Source: an uncultured Candidatus Saccharibacteria bacterium (GTDB taxonomy: Bacteria > Patescibacteriota > Saccharimonadia > Saccharimonadales > JALRHH01). Taken from it: DNA of 64,000 bases. The stretch is taken from contig CAZPVS010000003.1 in NCBI GenBank assembly GCA_964590315.1, positions 16,699 through 80,698 on the forward strand. The letters run 5' to 3'. Position numbers and translations under genes: made by a program. Below are positions 1 to 9,500 of the stretch, piece by piece. The notes under the pieces were generated by a model. That model did no database searches, was not told where the DNA came from, and was given only the letters and a program-made list of their open reading frames with translations. Every line of letters starts with the position of its first letter. Within the stretch, counting starts at the first letter, position 1.

Positions 1-1
1 C

Positions 2-472
2 GATAATACTGCCCTCCGTGCTATTTTGGCATCGACTGAGACCGCTCTCGAGACAAAAGACCGAGCGCTTGGTTCACTTGACATTGAATTCTCACAAACC
101 AGTGACGAAGGAATAGATATCGGTACCCGGTCTTACAGCTCGTTTTTGAAATGCCTCTACTTTGCCTGTTACGTCAGCAAGGAGCACTCTCAGGAACTGC
201 TTGAGTACCTTACGCAGACAACATTTGATAAACGACTCGTGGCAGGAATTCCAGATAAAGAAGTTAAGATTGCCCATAAAATAGGCGTGTATAATACGCA
301 AATACAAAGTGATTGCGGTATTATTTATCTTGCTAAGAACAACTACGTCTTGTGTGTCATGCTTCAGGGCAATGATGATGTGGTTACGAATAATCATATC
401 GCGGAGTTGTCTCGCGTCGTATATGAGTACGTAAAGACCCCGAGGTCCACAAGTACCAACACATCACAATAA
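2..472 (+). CDS. C-terminal part of a class A beta-lactamase/PBP-like serine hydrolase; the 5' end lies outside the window
   Basis: The frame is open from base 2, with no stop before the TTG listed at 26, so the gene is cut by the window edge. The tail has the layout ...RLVAGIP..V.IAHKIG...D.GIIY....Y.L.V.. expected for the KTG-box region of class A serine hydrolases, with HKIG in place of KTG. Confidence 0.45.
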   Translation, partial: DNTALRAILASTETALETKDRALGSLDIEFSQTSDEGIDIGTRSYSSFLKCLYFACYVSKEHSQELLEYLTQTTFDKRLVAGIPDKEVKIAHKIGVYNTQIQSDCGIIYLAKNNYVLCVMLQGNDDVVTNNHIAELSRVVYEYVKTPRSTSTNTSQ

Positions 473-493
473 AAACACGCTACCCCCGTCCTA

Positions 494-3400
494 TTACGGC
501 AGCGGACAATTTGCCTGACCGCCACTTTGCCGACATGGCGTGTCGAGTGGTTGCTGCTCTCCGCCTGTAAAGGTTTTACCATGCTTGAGACGCTTCGATG
601 GGTCAGAGGTAAAGAACAATGAAAGGTCGGCTATAGTGGGGCCTCTGTCTACATCTTCTGGGTAACCAAACGTCTTCGATGCATCAATAGTCACGAAGAA
701 ATAATAGTATCTCGCGCAAGTGACATTATTCCCCGATCCATCAAGTGGCGTGTACGAATTGACCGTGCCCAAGGTAACGTCTCCGAAGTTTGTTTCTTGA
801 CCCCATGTACTCATATCAGCCGTACCACAATCTGTCGGTACGCCATCATTGTCGTTCATGGAACGGTATTTAGCTTGCCAGCGGGCACCGATGGAGTTAT
901 CAATGCCATTCATTAACCAGGAATTTGGGAAAACGTCCGTATCTGCGTCAATCATCCGAGAATAAAGCGCCACTTGAGGTTGGGACTTAACAGTTGAGTA
1001 GTAGTGACGGTTTGTTGATAGTGGCGCAGTACAGCCTCCACCCATAGTGTATATTTTGCCCTTGTCATAAGCCACCGCAGCCCCGTAACGGTCACCACTA
1101 TAACGGACGTTTGTCTCATACCATTCCCCAACACCAGTTGGATTATTACCACTCGCAATAGTGGTATTGGCACTAATCGGTGTTACCAGAACCTTGGGAA
1201 TACATGTAGATGCCGCAGACCGACCACCTATCAGATAAATATAGCCATTGGCAGACACTGCCCTTGAGTCACGCAGAGGGGTAGGAAGACTTGTCGTATC
1301 CTGCCAGGCATCAACAGTACCGTCACTGTTGATTTGTGTGAACTGTACGTCATTCAGGTAATTTGTGCCGTCAAAACCACCAAATACATACAGGTTATTC
1401 GCGTATGCAGTCACTGCTGCGCCTGCTCGTCCCACATTAAATTGTGTGGTGGATGTCCACGATCCAGTAATGTTGCCGCCGCTATTTTGCTGTGGACTCA
1501 CGTATACCGTCGTTTGTGCAACATTGCTGACGTTTAAGCCGCCTACAAGGTAAATACGATTATTCCACACCGCAGTACTAAACTGTTTGCGGCCATTAGA
1601 TAATGTGGCGGTGGTCGTTCCCCACGTTGGGTTACCCGAACTGATGGAGGTCGTATAGTAATTCGAACTCGTCGTGCTTCCCCCGCTCGTCTGTCCCGCT
1701 ATCCAGTACAGTGTTCCGGCTACCGCTTCGAGCGACCCCCAGGCGCGACCCCCAGGCATACTACCCCCGGCAGCCCATGTTCCAACAGAACCATCGTTTG
1801 CGCTAATAGGCGCATATTCAACGCTACTGGTGACTGATGTACAGTCCGTAGCACTAATACAGCCGCCTCCGACATAGAGGTAGCCATTAAGGATGGCCGC
1901 GCTAGCCCCCCACCTATCCGTTGACGCAGTAAAGGTTTGGTCAGATTGAGCGGTAAAATTATTGACGGCTCCACTATCATTGTTATATAGCTGGAATGTT
2001 TGTACTTCTTCCTGCATATCAGTACAGCCGGCAGGCGCATAAAGCGCCGCACAACCGCCAATCGCATAGACATAGCCATTACTGACTGCCGCTCGCAAGT
2101 CCCATCGTGGAGTTACCACTACTCCCGAACTACTCCACGGCCCCATGTCCCCCGTACTGACATCGATTCTTGAGAATAATAAGTCCTGTAATGATTCTGC
2201 ACCACTATAGCCTGCTAACGAGTAGATGTACCCATTGTAGCCAAACGAGACGGCCCGTCGACGAACTGGATCCATCTGAGCAGTTGCAAATTGCCACACC
2301 CCACCAGATTGAGCCACGATATTATTGCTATCATCTATCTTTGCGAAAATAGTATCCTTACGGTTTGCGGCATAATTACTCCCGCATGGATCATTTGCAG
2401 AACCCACGGCAGAGCACGATCCACCAACAAGATAAATACGATTTGCATAAATAGTTCCGGCCATCAGGCCAAGGCCCTGATTGCCTCCATTGATGTTGTC
2501 GGCATCTATTTGGAGCTGGCCAGTGGTCGTACAGGTATTTACCGCACCTGCAGTGTCGATGTTACATTTAATCGTATCGGAGTGATATGTGCTACACCCG
2601 ATGCCACTTGTGGCACTACACCCACCAAGCATGTAGAGGTTGCCCGGGTTCGTTGCTACTGCCGCGGGGTTAGCACGAGTAAACATATACATATAGCCTC
2701 GGGCGTCATCCGCAGTGCCAGTCAAACCCACACTTGCAAACGTTTGTGATGTCCACGCGCCGGTTAGGGAACCATCGGCATTGAGGCCGACCCTCCATAT
2801 ACTACTTTGCCAGGCTAAAGAGTTGGTACCTCCGGCTACATAGATGACATTATTAAAGACAGCTGTACCGGCCGCTCCAAGGCCGGCGGTGCCATTGATA
2901 CGATTAGTGCTGTCGACACACCAATGTCCATATGAAGTACCTGAGCATGTCGACGGAGCAGCGAGCGCTCCTGTAGTTGATATGGCGGAATAAGAGATGT
3001 TACCACTCATGTTTGAGCTACAGGAGCTACTGGCCGTAACACACCCTCCGATGTTGTAAATAAAGCCGTTGTTGATAACAACCATGCTCGACATTTGGCC
3101 ACCTTGCCCTGCGCTGTCACCTGGCGGAGGCAGGTCACAGTTAGTTGGAGACCCGCCACTACAGGGGGCGGTCCCGCTCGGCTCTGAATTGTTGACCGTA
3201 CTCGCATCACCGTCGGGGTTAATGACACCATAATCCACATCTGCGAGTGTGGATATACAATTGCCACTTGAGGTATCCTGTTGGGCACAGCCTCCAAAAC
3301 GATATAGCCCTCCTTGCCATGCAATAAAGCTATAGCCTACCCGTTGATTAGATAAATTAAGAATCTCGTTCCATGGCGCTATTGAACCATCAGCATTAAT

Positions 3401-6076
3401 ACTGGCGAGCTGCGTCGTAGAGCTCACTGTTGTACAATACCCACTTCCATTGACTGCGGTACAGCCACCAGCCAAATATATGTATGCTCCCCAAACCGCA
3501 GAGAAATTACCGCCAAGCGTCGCTCGTGCCCCAGAGAAGCTCTCTGTCGCAATCCAAGCATTAAGTGACCCGCTACTGTTAATCTTTGCATAATACACGG
3601 CGCTGCGCATATTGGCGCTTGAAGTAGCTGCTCCCTCGAACCCTCCGATTGTATACAGCACATCATTATATATATGTACCGTATGCATATGCGTACCTGC
3701 TCCGGCCGGTAATGCAGTACCTGGGTTCCAGCTCCCAAGAGTACCCGTAGGATTGATATTGGCATACTCCACCGTTGTCACCCCACCGCTCGCGGCATTC
3801 GTTTGGCCACCTACCAGATATAATCGATTATTGTATGCTGCAGCAGCCAAATAACTCCTGGCGGTTCCACCGCTAAGACCCGTGTCACTATACCAATAGG
3901 CAGCTGTCCCGCCTGTCGGGTGCCATAATTGCGGTTCACCATTTGCCCCGAGCTTTGCAATATAAATTGTAGACGTGCGATTGCCGCTCCCATCCAGGCC
4001 ACCAATGACGTAGAGATAGCCGTTATATGCCACCATGCTATGCCCTCTTCTCGCGGAAGGCAGAGCGTATGCCGAATCACTACACCATCCGCTGCAGGCT
4101 CCTGCGCCCGGGTTGGGACTCTCTATAGCCAAGGAACTGGAATTGAACTTCGCCCAACTGACTTCGGTCTGCGTAGCAGTCGTATATGTAGCAGGATTGA
4201 TCGCAATCGTGCCACTCCCCCATTGGTCTGTAATTGATGTGTCCGCATAAGTTGCTGTACCCGTAGATACACCTGATGCCGGGGGAGTGTCGAGTGATGC
4301 AGCTGCATAGGCGCACCCTCCTGAGGCCGAGGAACGAGCAGAACCAATTTTGGTATGACCAGATGGTACCCACCCAGTCGCACTGGGATTATCATTATCT
4401 GCACCTGCAGCACGAATAATCAATGTTGCGTCATTGCTAGGAGTAATTGCCGGGAATACCGGCTGATTATTTGAAGCACCCGAGTTATTGGTCGTCGGAG
4501 TCGGAGTGACCGGAGTACTCGAATTGAAGTTTGTGACCCGCACAATTATGCCAGCCATCTGCTCACTCGCTGACGTAGTCCAAGTATAACTGGCCGCTTC
4601 GTTCCCCCCACTGACATTACTGCCAATCTTGTAATATCCTGAGAATTCCCCAGTGTCGGCGAACTCGGTCCACCCCCCACCTACTGGCTCAGTCATTGTT
4701 ACACTACGTCCTGCATTCTGGTCCTTGCACATAACAGCAATGTACAAATCACCAGCCGGTCGACTCGTAGGCATGTTCATTTGAAATGTCGTCCCGTTAC
4801 TCCCATCAAGCGTTTCTTGCTGGGCGACAATTTGTGGTTTAGACGGCCCTGTCCTTCCGCCCGACCGGTATACATAGCCCCCCGCGGCGGCTGTGGCCAC
4901 ATCCCACGCACCCTGGCTCATGTCCAGATTTTGCTCCCACGCATTGATACGGGCACCTGTCGTTTGACTCTTCTGAATCAGTTCGTTGTCGATATCAAAA
5001 TCGGTATTTGTTTCGTTATTACCGCGCATCAACTTGGCTGCAGTCTCTACATATATAGTCGGGTCAATTGAGAGTGGATAGTTTGCCTGTAGTAAGTTTG
5101 TGGTGACAATTTTTAGGGTAGTACCCTCGAGTTCGAAGTGGCTTTGCGCTTTTGAAGGCTGCTTCTCGGACTCAATAACGACTGGTGCAGGTACCCGGAA
5201 GAGCAGCTTGTTTTTCTTTGAATTTTGGCGCGCTTTTTCTAGTAACTGTTTGTCTGCGTCGGTTCCGGCAGAAACATTACCATTTATGGGTAGGTCGCTC
5301 CCGTATACACCGATAGAGCCGTCTTTCTCGAGACGAGCTTCTACGCCATTTGCAACGGTCAGTTCAAACTCAAACGTTATACTGTCTTTATCATAGCTCT
5401 CGAGGAGAATATCTTCTTTCACACTCGCCGAACGAGCAGTATACACGACATAACCATTCTGTTTCATGAGGCGATAGAAAATTTGATTGTCTTCTTTTTT
5501 GGCCTCGTCCAATCGGAATTTTGGCACCAGCCCAAAGTCAACATTGCTCATCTTGTCAGAGACTTGTACCCCTTTTGATGGGTCGGAACTAAATGAGGCC
5601 TCAAAACGAGGCTGATTACTACCGGAGGTGATAGATCCACTTGTACCGGCAAAATTCTCGTTATACACAAATTTCTCGTCTTGGGCATTTTCTTTCAGGA
5701 GTTTGCCAAATTCAATATTCTTTTTGGGTAACACGGCGCGCGCTTCTTCACTGACACGATACGGACGGTCTTCAATAAAAGGCTGCACAATGGTTGCAAC
5801 CACCGATAGCAAGAACATGCCGGCCACGCCGATAACATACGCACGGCGCAAGTAATTTTTGAATGGCCAACGGGCAAATTCGGATGCCTTGAATTTTGCC
5901 CATATAGACTGCCTCCTCTTAGAAGCAACTTTGCCTATAGAACGCACGAGCCAGTACTTCTGCCCACTATGTCGTTTTTTGTTCTTCGTAGGACGGTGGG
6001 ATGGGTCATCAGAACCATACAGACGGCCGTGCGGCTGCCGTGCATATGAACCTCTCGATGATTTTATGTTATCCAT
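494..6076 (-). CDS. Giant membrane-anchored multi-Kelch beta-propeller surface protein (Kelch A, 1860 aa)
   Basis: Uninterrupted 5.6-kb ORF. A basic N-tail is followed by a TM helix (VIGVAGMFLLSVVATIV, about 5780-5842). About 17 Kelch-type blades carry signatures such as YNGYLYVIGG, YNNRLYLVGG, WNNRIYLVGG and ANGYIYLIGG at roughly 50-60 aa spacing (about 1160-4060). It is a clear paralogue of 18010-22347, sharing the N-domain, the blades and the C-terminal motif. Confidence 0.9.
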   Translation of the reverse strand: MDNIKSSRGSYARQPHGRLYGSDDPSHRPTKNKKRHSGQKYWLVRSIGKVASKRRQSIWAKFKASEFARWPFKNYLRRAYVIGVAGMFLLSVVATIVQPFIEDRPYRVSEEARAVLPKKNIEFGKLLKENAQDEKFVYNENFAGTSGSITSGSNQPRFEASFSSDPSKGVQVSDKMSNVDFGLVPKFRLDEAKKEDNQIFYRLMKQNGYVVYTARSASVKEDILLESYDKDSITFEFELTVANGVEARLEKDGSIGVYGSDLPINGNVSAGTDADKQLLEKARQNSKKNKLLFRVPAPVVIESEKQPSKAQSHFELEGTTLKIVTTNLLQANYPLSIDPTIYVETAAKLMRGNNETNTDFDIDNELIQKSQTTGARINAWEQNLDMSQGAWDVATAAAGGYVYRSGGRTGPSKPQIVAQQETLDGSNGTTFQMNMPTSRPAGDLYIAVMCKDQNAGRSVTMTEPVGGGWTEFADTGEFSGYYKIGSNVSGGNEAASYTWTTSASEQMAGIIVRVTNFNSSTPVTPTPTTNNSGASNNQPVFPAITPSNDATLIIRAAGADNDNPSATGWVPSGHTKIGSARSSASGGCAYAAASLDTPPASGVSTGTATYADTSITDQWGSGTIAINPATYTTATQTEVSWAKFNSSSLAIESPNPGAGACSGWCSDSAYALPSARRGHSMVAYNGYLYVIGGLDGSGNRTSTIYIAKLGANGEPQLWHPTGGTAAYWYSDTGLSGGTARSYLAAAAYNNRLYLVGGQTNAASGGVTTVEYANINPTGTLGSWNPGTALPAGAGTHMHTVHIYNDVLYTIGGFEGAATSSANMRSAVYYAKINSSGSLNAWIATESFSGARATLGGNFSAVWGAYIYLAGGCTAVNGSGYCTTVSSTTQLASINADGSIAPWNEILNLSNQRVGYSFIAWQGGLYRFGGCAQQDTSSGNCISTLADVDYGVINPDGDASTVNNSEPSGTAPCSGGSPTNCDLPPPGDSAGQGGQMSSMVVINNGFIYNIGGCVTASSSCSSNMSGNISYSAISTTGALAAPSTCSGTSYGHWCVDSTNRINGTAGLGAAGTAVFNNVIYVAGGTNSLAWQSSIWRVGLNADGSLTGAWTSQTFASVGLTGTADDARGYMYMFTRANPAAVATNPGNLYMLGGCSATSGIGCSTYHSDTIKCNIDTAGAVNTCTTTGQLQIDADNINGGNQGLGLMAGTIYANRIYLVGGSCSAVGSANDPCGSNYAANRKDTIFAKIDDSNNIVAQSGGVWQFATAQMDPVRRRAVSFGYNGYIYSLAGYSGAESLQDLLFSRIDVSTGDMGPWSSSGVVVTPRWDLRAAVSNGYVYAIGGCAALYAPAGCTDMQEEVQTFQLYNNDSGAVNNFTAQSDQTFTASTDRWGASAAILNGYLYVGGGCISATDCTSVTSSVEYAPISANDGSVGTWAAGGSMPGGRAWGSLEAVAGTLYWIAGQTSGGSTTSSNYYTTSISSGNPTWGTTTATLSNGRKQFSTAVWNNRIYLVGGLNVSNVAQTTVYVSPQQNSGGNITGSWTSTTQFNVGRAGAAVTAYANNLYVFGGFDGTNYLNDVQFTQINSDGTVDAWQDTTSLPTPLRDSRAVSANGYIYLIGGRSAASTCIPKVLVTPISANTTIASGNNPTGVGEWYETNVRYSGDRYGAAVAYDKGKIYTMGGGCTAPLSTNRHYYSTVKSQPQVALYSRMIDADTDVFPNSWLMNGIDNSIGARWQAKYRSMNDNDGVPTDCGTADMSTWGQETNFGDVTLGTVNSYTPLDGSGNNVTCARYYYFFVTIDASKTFGYPEDVDRGPTIADLSLFFTSDPSKRLKHGKTFTGGEQQPLDTPCRQSGGQANCPLP
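4187..4819 (-). other. About 210-aa domain inserted in Kelch A and absent from Kelch B; related by motif pattern to the N-domain of the GDPD protein
   Basis: AGDLYIAVMC / GGGWTEF / ASYTWTT / PAITPSNDATLIIRAAG / SGVSTGTATY / WGSGTIAINP aligns in the same order with LGDWMIMMIV / TGDWTVL / ATYTFNQ / SSITTTSPDTLGIVLAF / TGPTGSATITY / NGLAAIIGIP of ORF 15798-17363. Confidence 0.45.
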
Positions 6077-6120
6077 CTCTGTTATTTGCCCTTCCCGAAG
6101 GACGTTTTTCTTATGCTTAT

Positions 6121-6148
6121 ATCATACCGTGTCTGACCCTGTTTTCAA
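6121..6148 (-). promoter_or_regulatory. Sigma70-like promoter candidate for Kelch A
   Basis: On the minus strand: TTGAAA (6148-6143), a 16-nt spacer, then TATGAT (6126-6121). It lies about 45 nt upstream of the ATG at 6076 and just downstream of the terminator hairpin. Confidence 0.35.
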
Positions 6149-6181
6149 AGTGTTTTGGAGAGATATGCTCTCCGTTCATCA

Positions 6182-6216
6182 GCACAAAACAAAAGAGAGG
6201 TGGGATAGTCCTCTCT
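6182..6216 (-). terminator. Rho-independent terminator downstream of fibre A
   Basis: Minus strand reads AGAGAGG-actatccca-CCTCTCT followed by TTTGTTTTGTG. The stem is 7 bp and perfectly paired, with a U-rich tail. Confidence 0.55.
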
Positions 6217-6552
6217 TTCGTCTACTAGGCACGCACAATTTGCGAGATGTGTGGTACACATGTTTGTTTTTGGTACGAGAGTGTCAAGAACTCGTACTAA
6301 GGTGGTTTTTGTTTTTCATGCTTCACTGCTTATTAGCAGAGAAACGTTCCCATTCGTCGGGACGGACGAATCAGAACCACCCATCATTGTGCGTGCCATT
6401 GTATCTGTTATGTCTACATGTAAGTTTATTTATGGTCCGCTCATAGTATTCCTCATAGGATTAATCATCGCGGTGCCGGTAATAAACAATGTGCTCATTG
6501 GCAGTCGTGGGATTCTTTGATGTTTCTGTAAGTTATTCATTTTATGCATCTC

Positions 6553-9500
6553 CTACGTATTACTAAAGGTGAAGTCTAAGTTTTCTACATATACATTCTT
6601 ATTGTTCCGAGCACTCATATTAATCTTGAAGATCACATAATCACCCGCCACGAAGCTACAACCTGTCTCATCACCCGTTTGTGATCGTTGCTCCCAGCTG
6701 TTAGAACTCTGCGTAATATTGGTACTGGATCCACATAATGAAATCGTTCCGCCACTGACGTTCTTGCGATAGACCTCCAGGTTGGCGAGTGCGTTAGTGT
6801 CACTGGCATCATCTCGGTAGGCGGTCAGTTTGATAGTATTTGCATCTAGGAAGCCCTTAAACGTAGATGGTAATTTGTAATTCACGTATATGCTGTAGGT
6901 CTGCAGGGTAGCCTGTGGTGAAGTCCAGCGGTAGTAACTGCGTGCCTCGCCTGAAGCACAGAAGGTGGTATTAACTGATAGGCCGCCGCCATTACCACAG
7001 AAGTCTGCTGTCATCGTACCAACGCCACTGCCATTGAGCACGGCACCTGCATACTCCGGTGTCAGGGTAATAATGTTGTCGGGAGCCGAGCCACAGGCAC
7101 CCCACCCATCAGACTCATAACACTGAATCCGACCGGTTGTTGTGTCGTAGTACATCGAACCATAGTAGGTGCTGTCTCCATTGGCAACCGGTGGGGCTGA
7201 TGACCGGTCAAGTGTAAACAATGTGATTGGTCCACCGTCGATACCACCACCAATTTGCACGTTGGAAGGCTGTGTCGTCGTATCGTTACGCATGAAGCTC
7301 AGGTTATCGATGTAGATTGTGCGAGCAGTCGCGTCTGTCTGACGAATGATTAAGTCTGGGTTTGTAGCGGTCGTACTATCGGTCGTAATCGTACAGGTTA
7401 TCTTCGTCCATACAGAGGTTGACAACGTCTGGGAGCTGTAGCTTGTACATGGCTCAATGTCAGTACCACCGTCGCGAGAGTAGGCCACTTGTAATGTACT
7501 GAATGTGCCTGCTGACAGCTTGGCCGTGAATGACACTTGGTACGTCGTGCTGACGACGGGGTTAGCAGTCAGATTGTTACGCACGCCGTCATTAGCCAGT
7601 GCGGTGGTAGTGACCGATACGCCTGCTTGACCGGTAACATATTGTCCAGCGGTTGTCGTGCGACTACGGGAGGCGCTCCCCACTGTTGTCCAGTCGGTGT
7701 TAAAGCTCGACGACGTTTCGGCGCCACCATTATCAGCAAGTTCAGTACCGCGATTGTTGACACTGAACAAGTTTGTTCCAATTGAGCTTTGTACCTCTAA
7801 AAGACCGCCATTTATCGGAGTTGTTCCATTGTTACGGATAGTAAATCCGTCGGCTGAACCACCGGACGCGTTGAGCACGATTTCTGCACCACCTGCAGAG
7901 GTTAAAGTGTTATTGTAGGCAGACTGAAGGTCAGTCGAACTTGATGCACCGGCAGCAGTCCAGTCGGTACCGTTCCATATGAGCGTAGCGGTACTGTTAG
8001 CTTTCATTGCAATATCAATCGGTGTTCGTGCCGCATTGAGTCTCATAGTGAAGTCAAGTGATCCACTCCGTGCAGATATGTACAGCACACGGCCAATAAC
8101 AGACTGTGCCGGATCAGGCACTGTCAGTACAGACCCAAGATTTGTGTTTGCCTTCACTGGTAACGAGCTGTAGAGGTCGACATTTCCTGCAGTGATAGAC
8201 GTACTGCTGGTAAATGCTTGTTCCGCAGCAGAAGTAAAGGCACTGGTAGAGAGGTTGACGAGGCCTTGCGAACCACTACCCGTTGCCGCACCTCCAGAGA
8301 TAGTTACTGAACCACCGTTGTTGTTTCCAGAGCCTGCAGCATCACCACCCTGCAGCACAAGCCCACCACCAGTATTACCTGTAGTAGAGCCGTTAGCCTG
8401 CCCTGCCCTGAGGGTCATCTGATAGCCCGCAGCGTTGGCGGTCGTGTTCTGCGCAACGCTCAAGGTGCGGTTAGCTCCCTGGGCGAAGGTAATATCACCC
8501 CCGGCCGTAATACTATCGTCCAGGTTAATGACCCCCGTGCCATTAGCAAGCAAAGTTAGATCCTGGTTCGTTCCGGTAGTAATATCAGTGGTCACACCGC
8601 TGAATACCATCTGGCCACTGAATAGCGCAGCAGCTGTTGACGTACTGTATATCGCATAGTTAGTACTGCCGCCCCCGTTACCCTGTATGTAAATACCGTA
8701 GTTGTTGGTCGTGCCACCGGCACCACTTGGCTGCGTAATATGCAGACCGTAGTTGTTCAGGGTGCCACCTGCGCCAGCTGCGGCTGTATTTGAGCCAACC
8801 TTGACGCCGTAGTTGTTCCAGGTGCCTGATGTATTGCCGCCGTGACCGTTTAGGTTGCCTACTTCGAGACCCATGTAATTGGTAATGGTGCCGGTGCCAG
8901 CAATGGACGGACCAGCAGCATACAGGGCGCGAGCATCAGTGACAACACCGGTAAAGCCAGCAGCGATATCGATACGGTTGTAGCCACCGTAAACGTCACC
9001 AATAGTGTAGTTACTGCCACTAAGGTTTGGAATGTTAATGAAACCGTAGACATTGGACAGTGAGCCGCCACTTGGATTAACACTGAATTGGTTCTGGATA
9101 CCGTAGACGGAGCTTGTGGTTGTGGTGTTCAGGGCGCCTCCAACAACCAGCTTAGAGTTGGTGATTGAGTTACCGTTGACACTCAGGCGGGTACTGTCCA
9201 CAGTGACTTCTGCGCCAGAACGACCAAGGGTGATGGCGGTTGCGGTAGTAGTACCAAGACTGAGGGTGCCAGCAGCTGAAACGTCAACGGTGGGAGTTAA
9301 GACACTGGTGTCAGCATAGAGGCTCCTCCAACTGAAAGCAGCAGAGCCAAGATCAATAGTGTTGTCTGCACCGGTAAGGAGACTAGTGTTAATGGCAACG
9401 CTGCTGAGGTTGGACAGTGCAGTGTTGGCACCAGCTCCCCCTGCTGCCGCACCAATCACCCGCCAGAGTGATGCACCACTATCATATGCCAGTTCTACGG

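Noticed and set aside
5859-6446. A 195-aa plus-strand ORF, plus 6001-6228 and 6251-6520, spanning the fibre A / Kelch A intergenic region.
   Set aside because: It overlaps the Kelch A start region in antisense and its sequence is Cys/Leu/Phe-rich and implausible. It has no Shine-Dalgarno. The region contains a minus-strand terminator and a promoter-like element, consistent with non-coding DNA.
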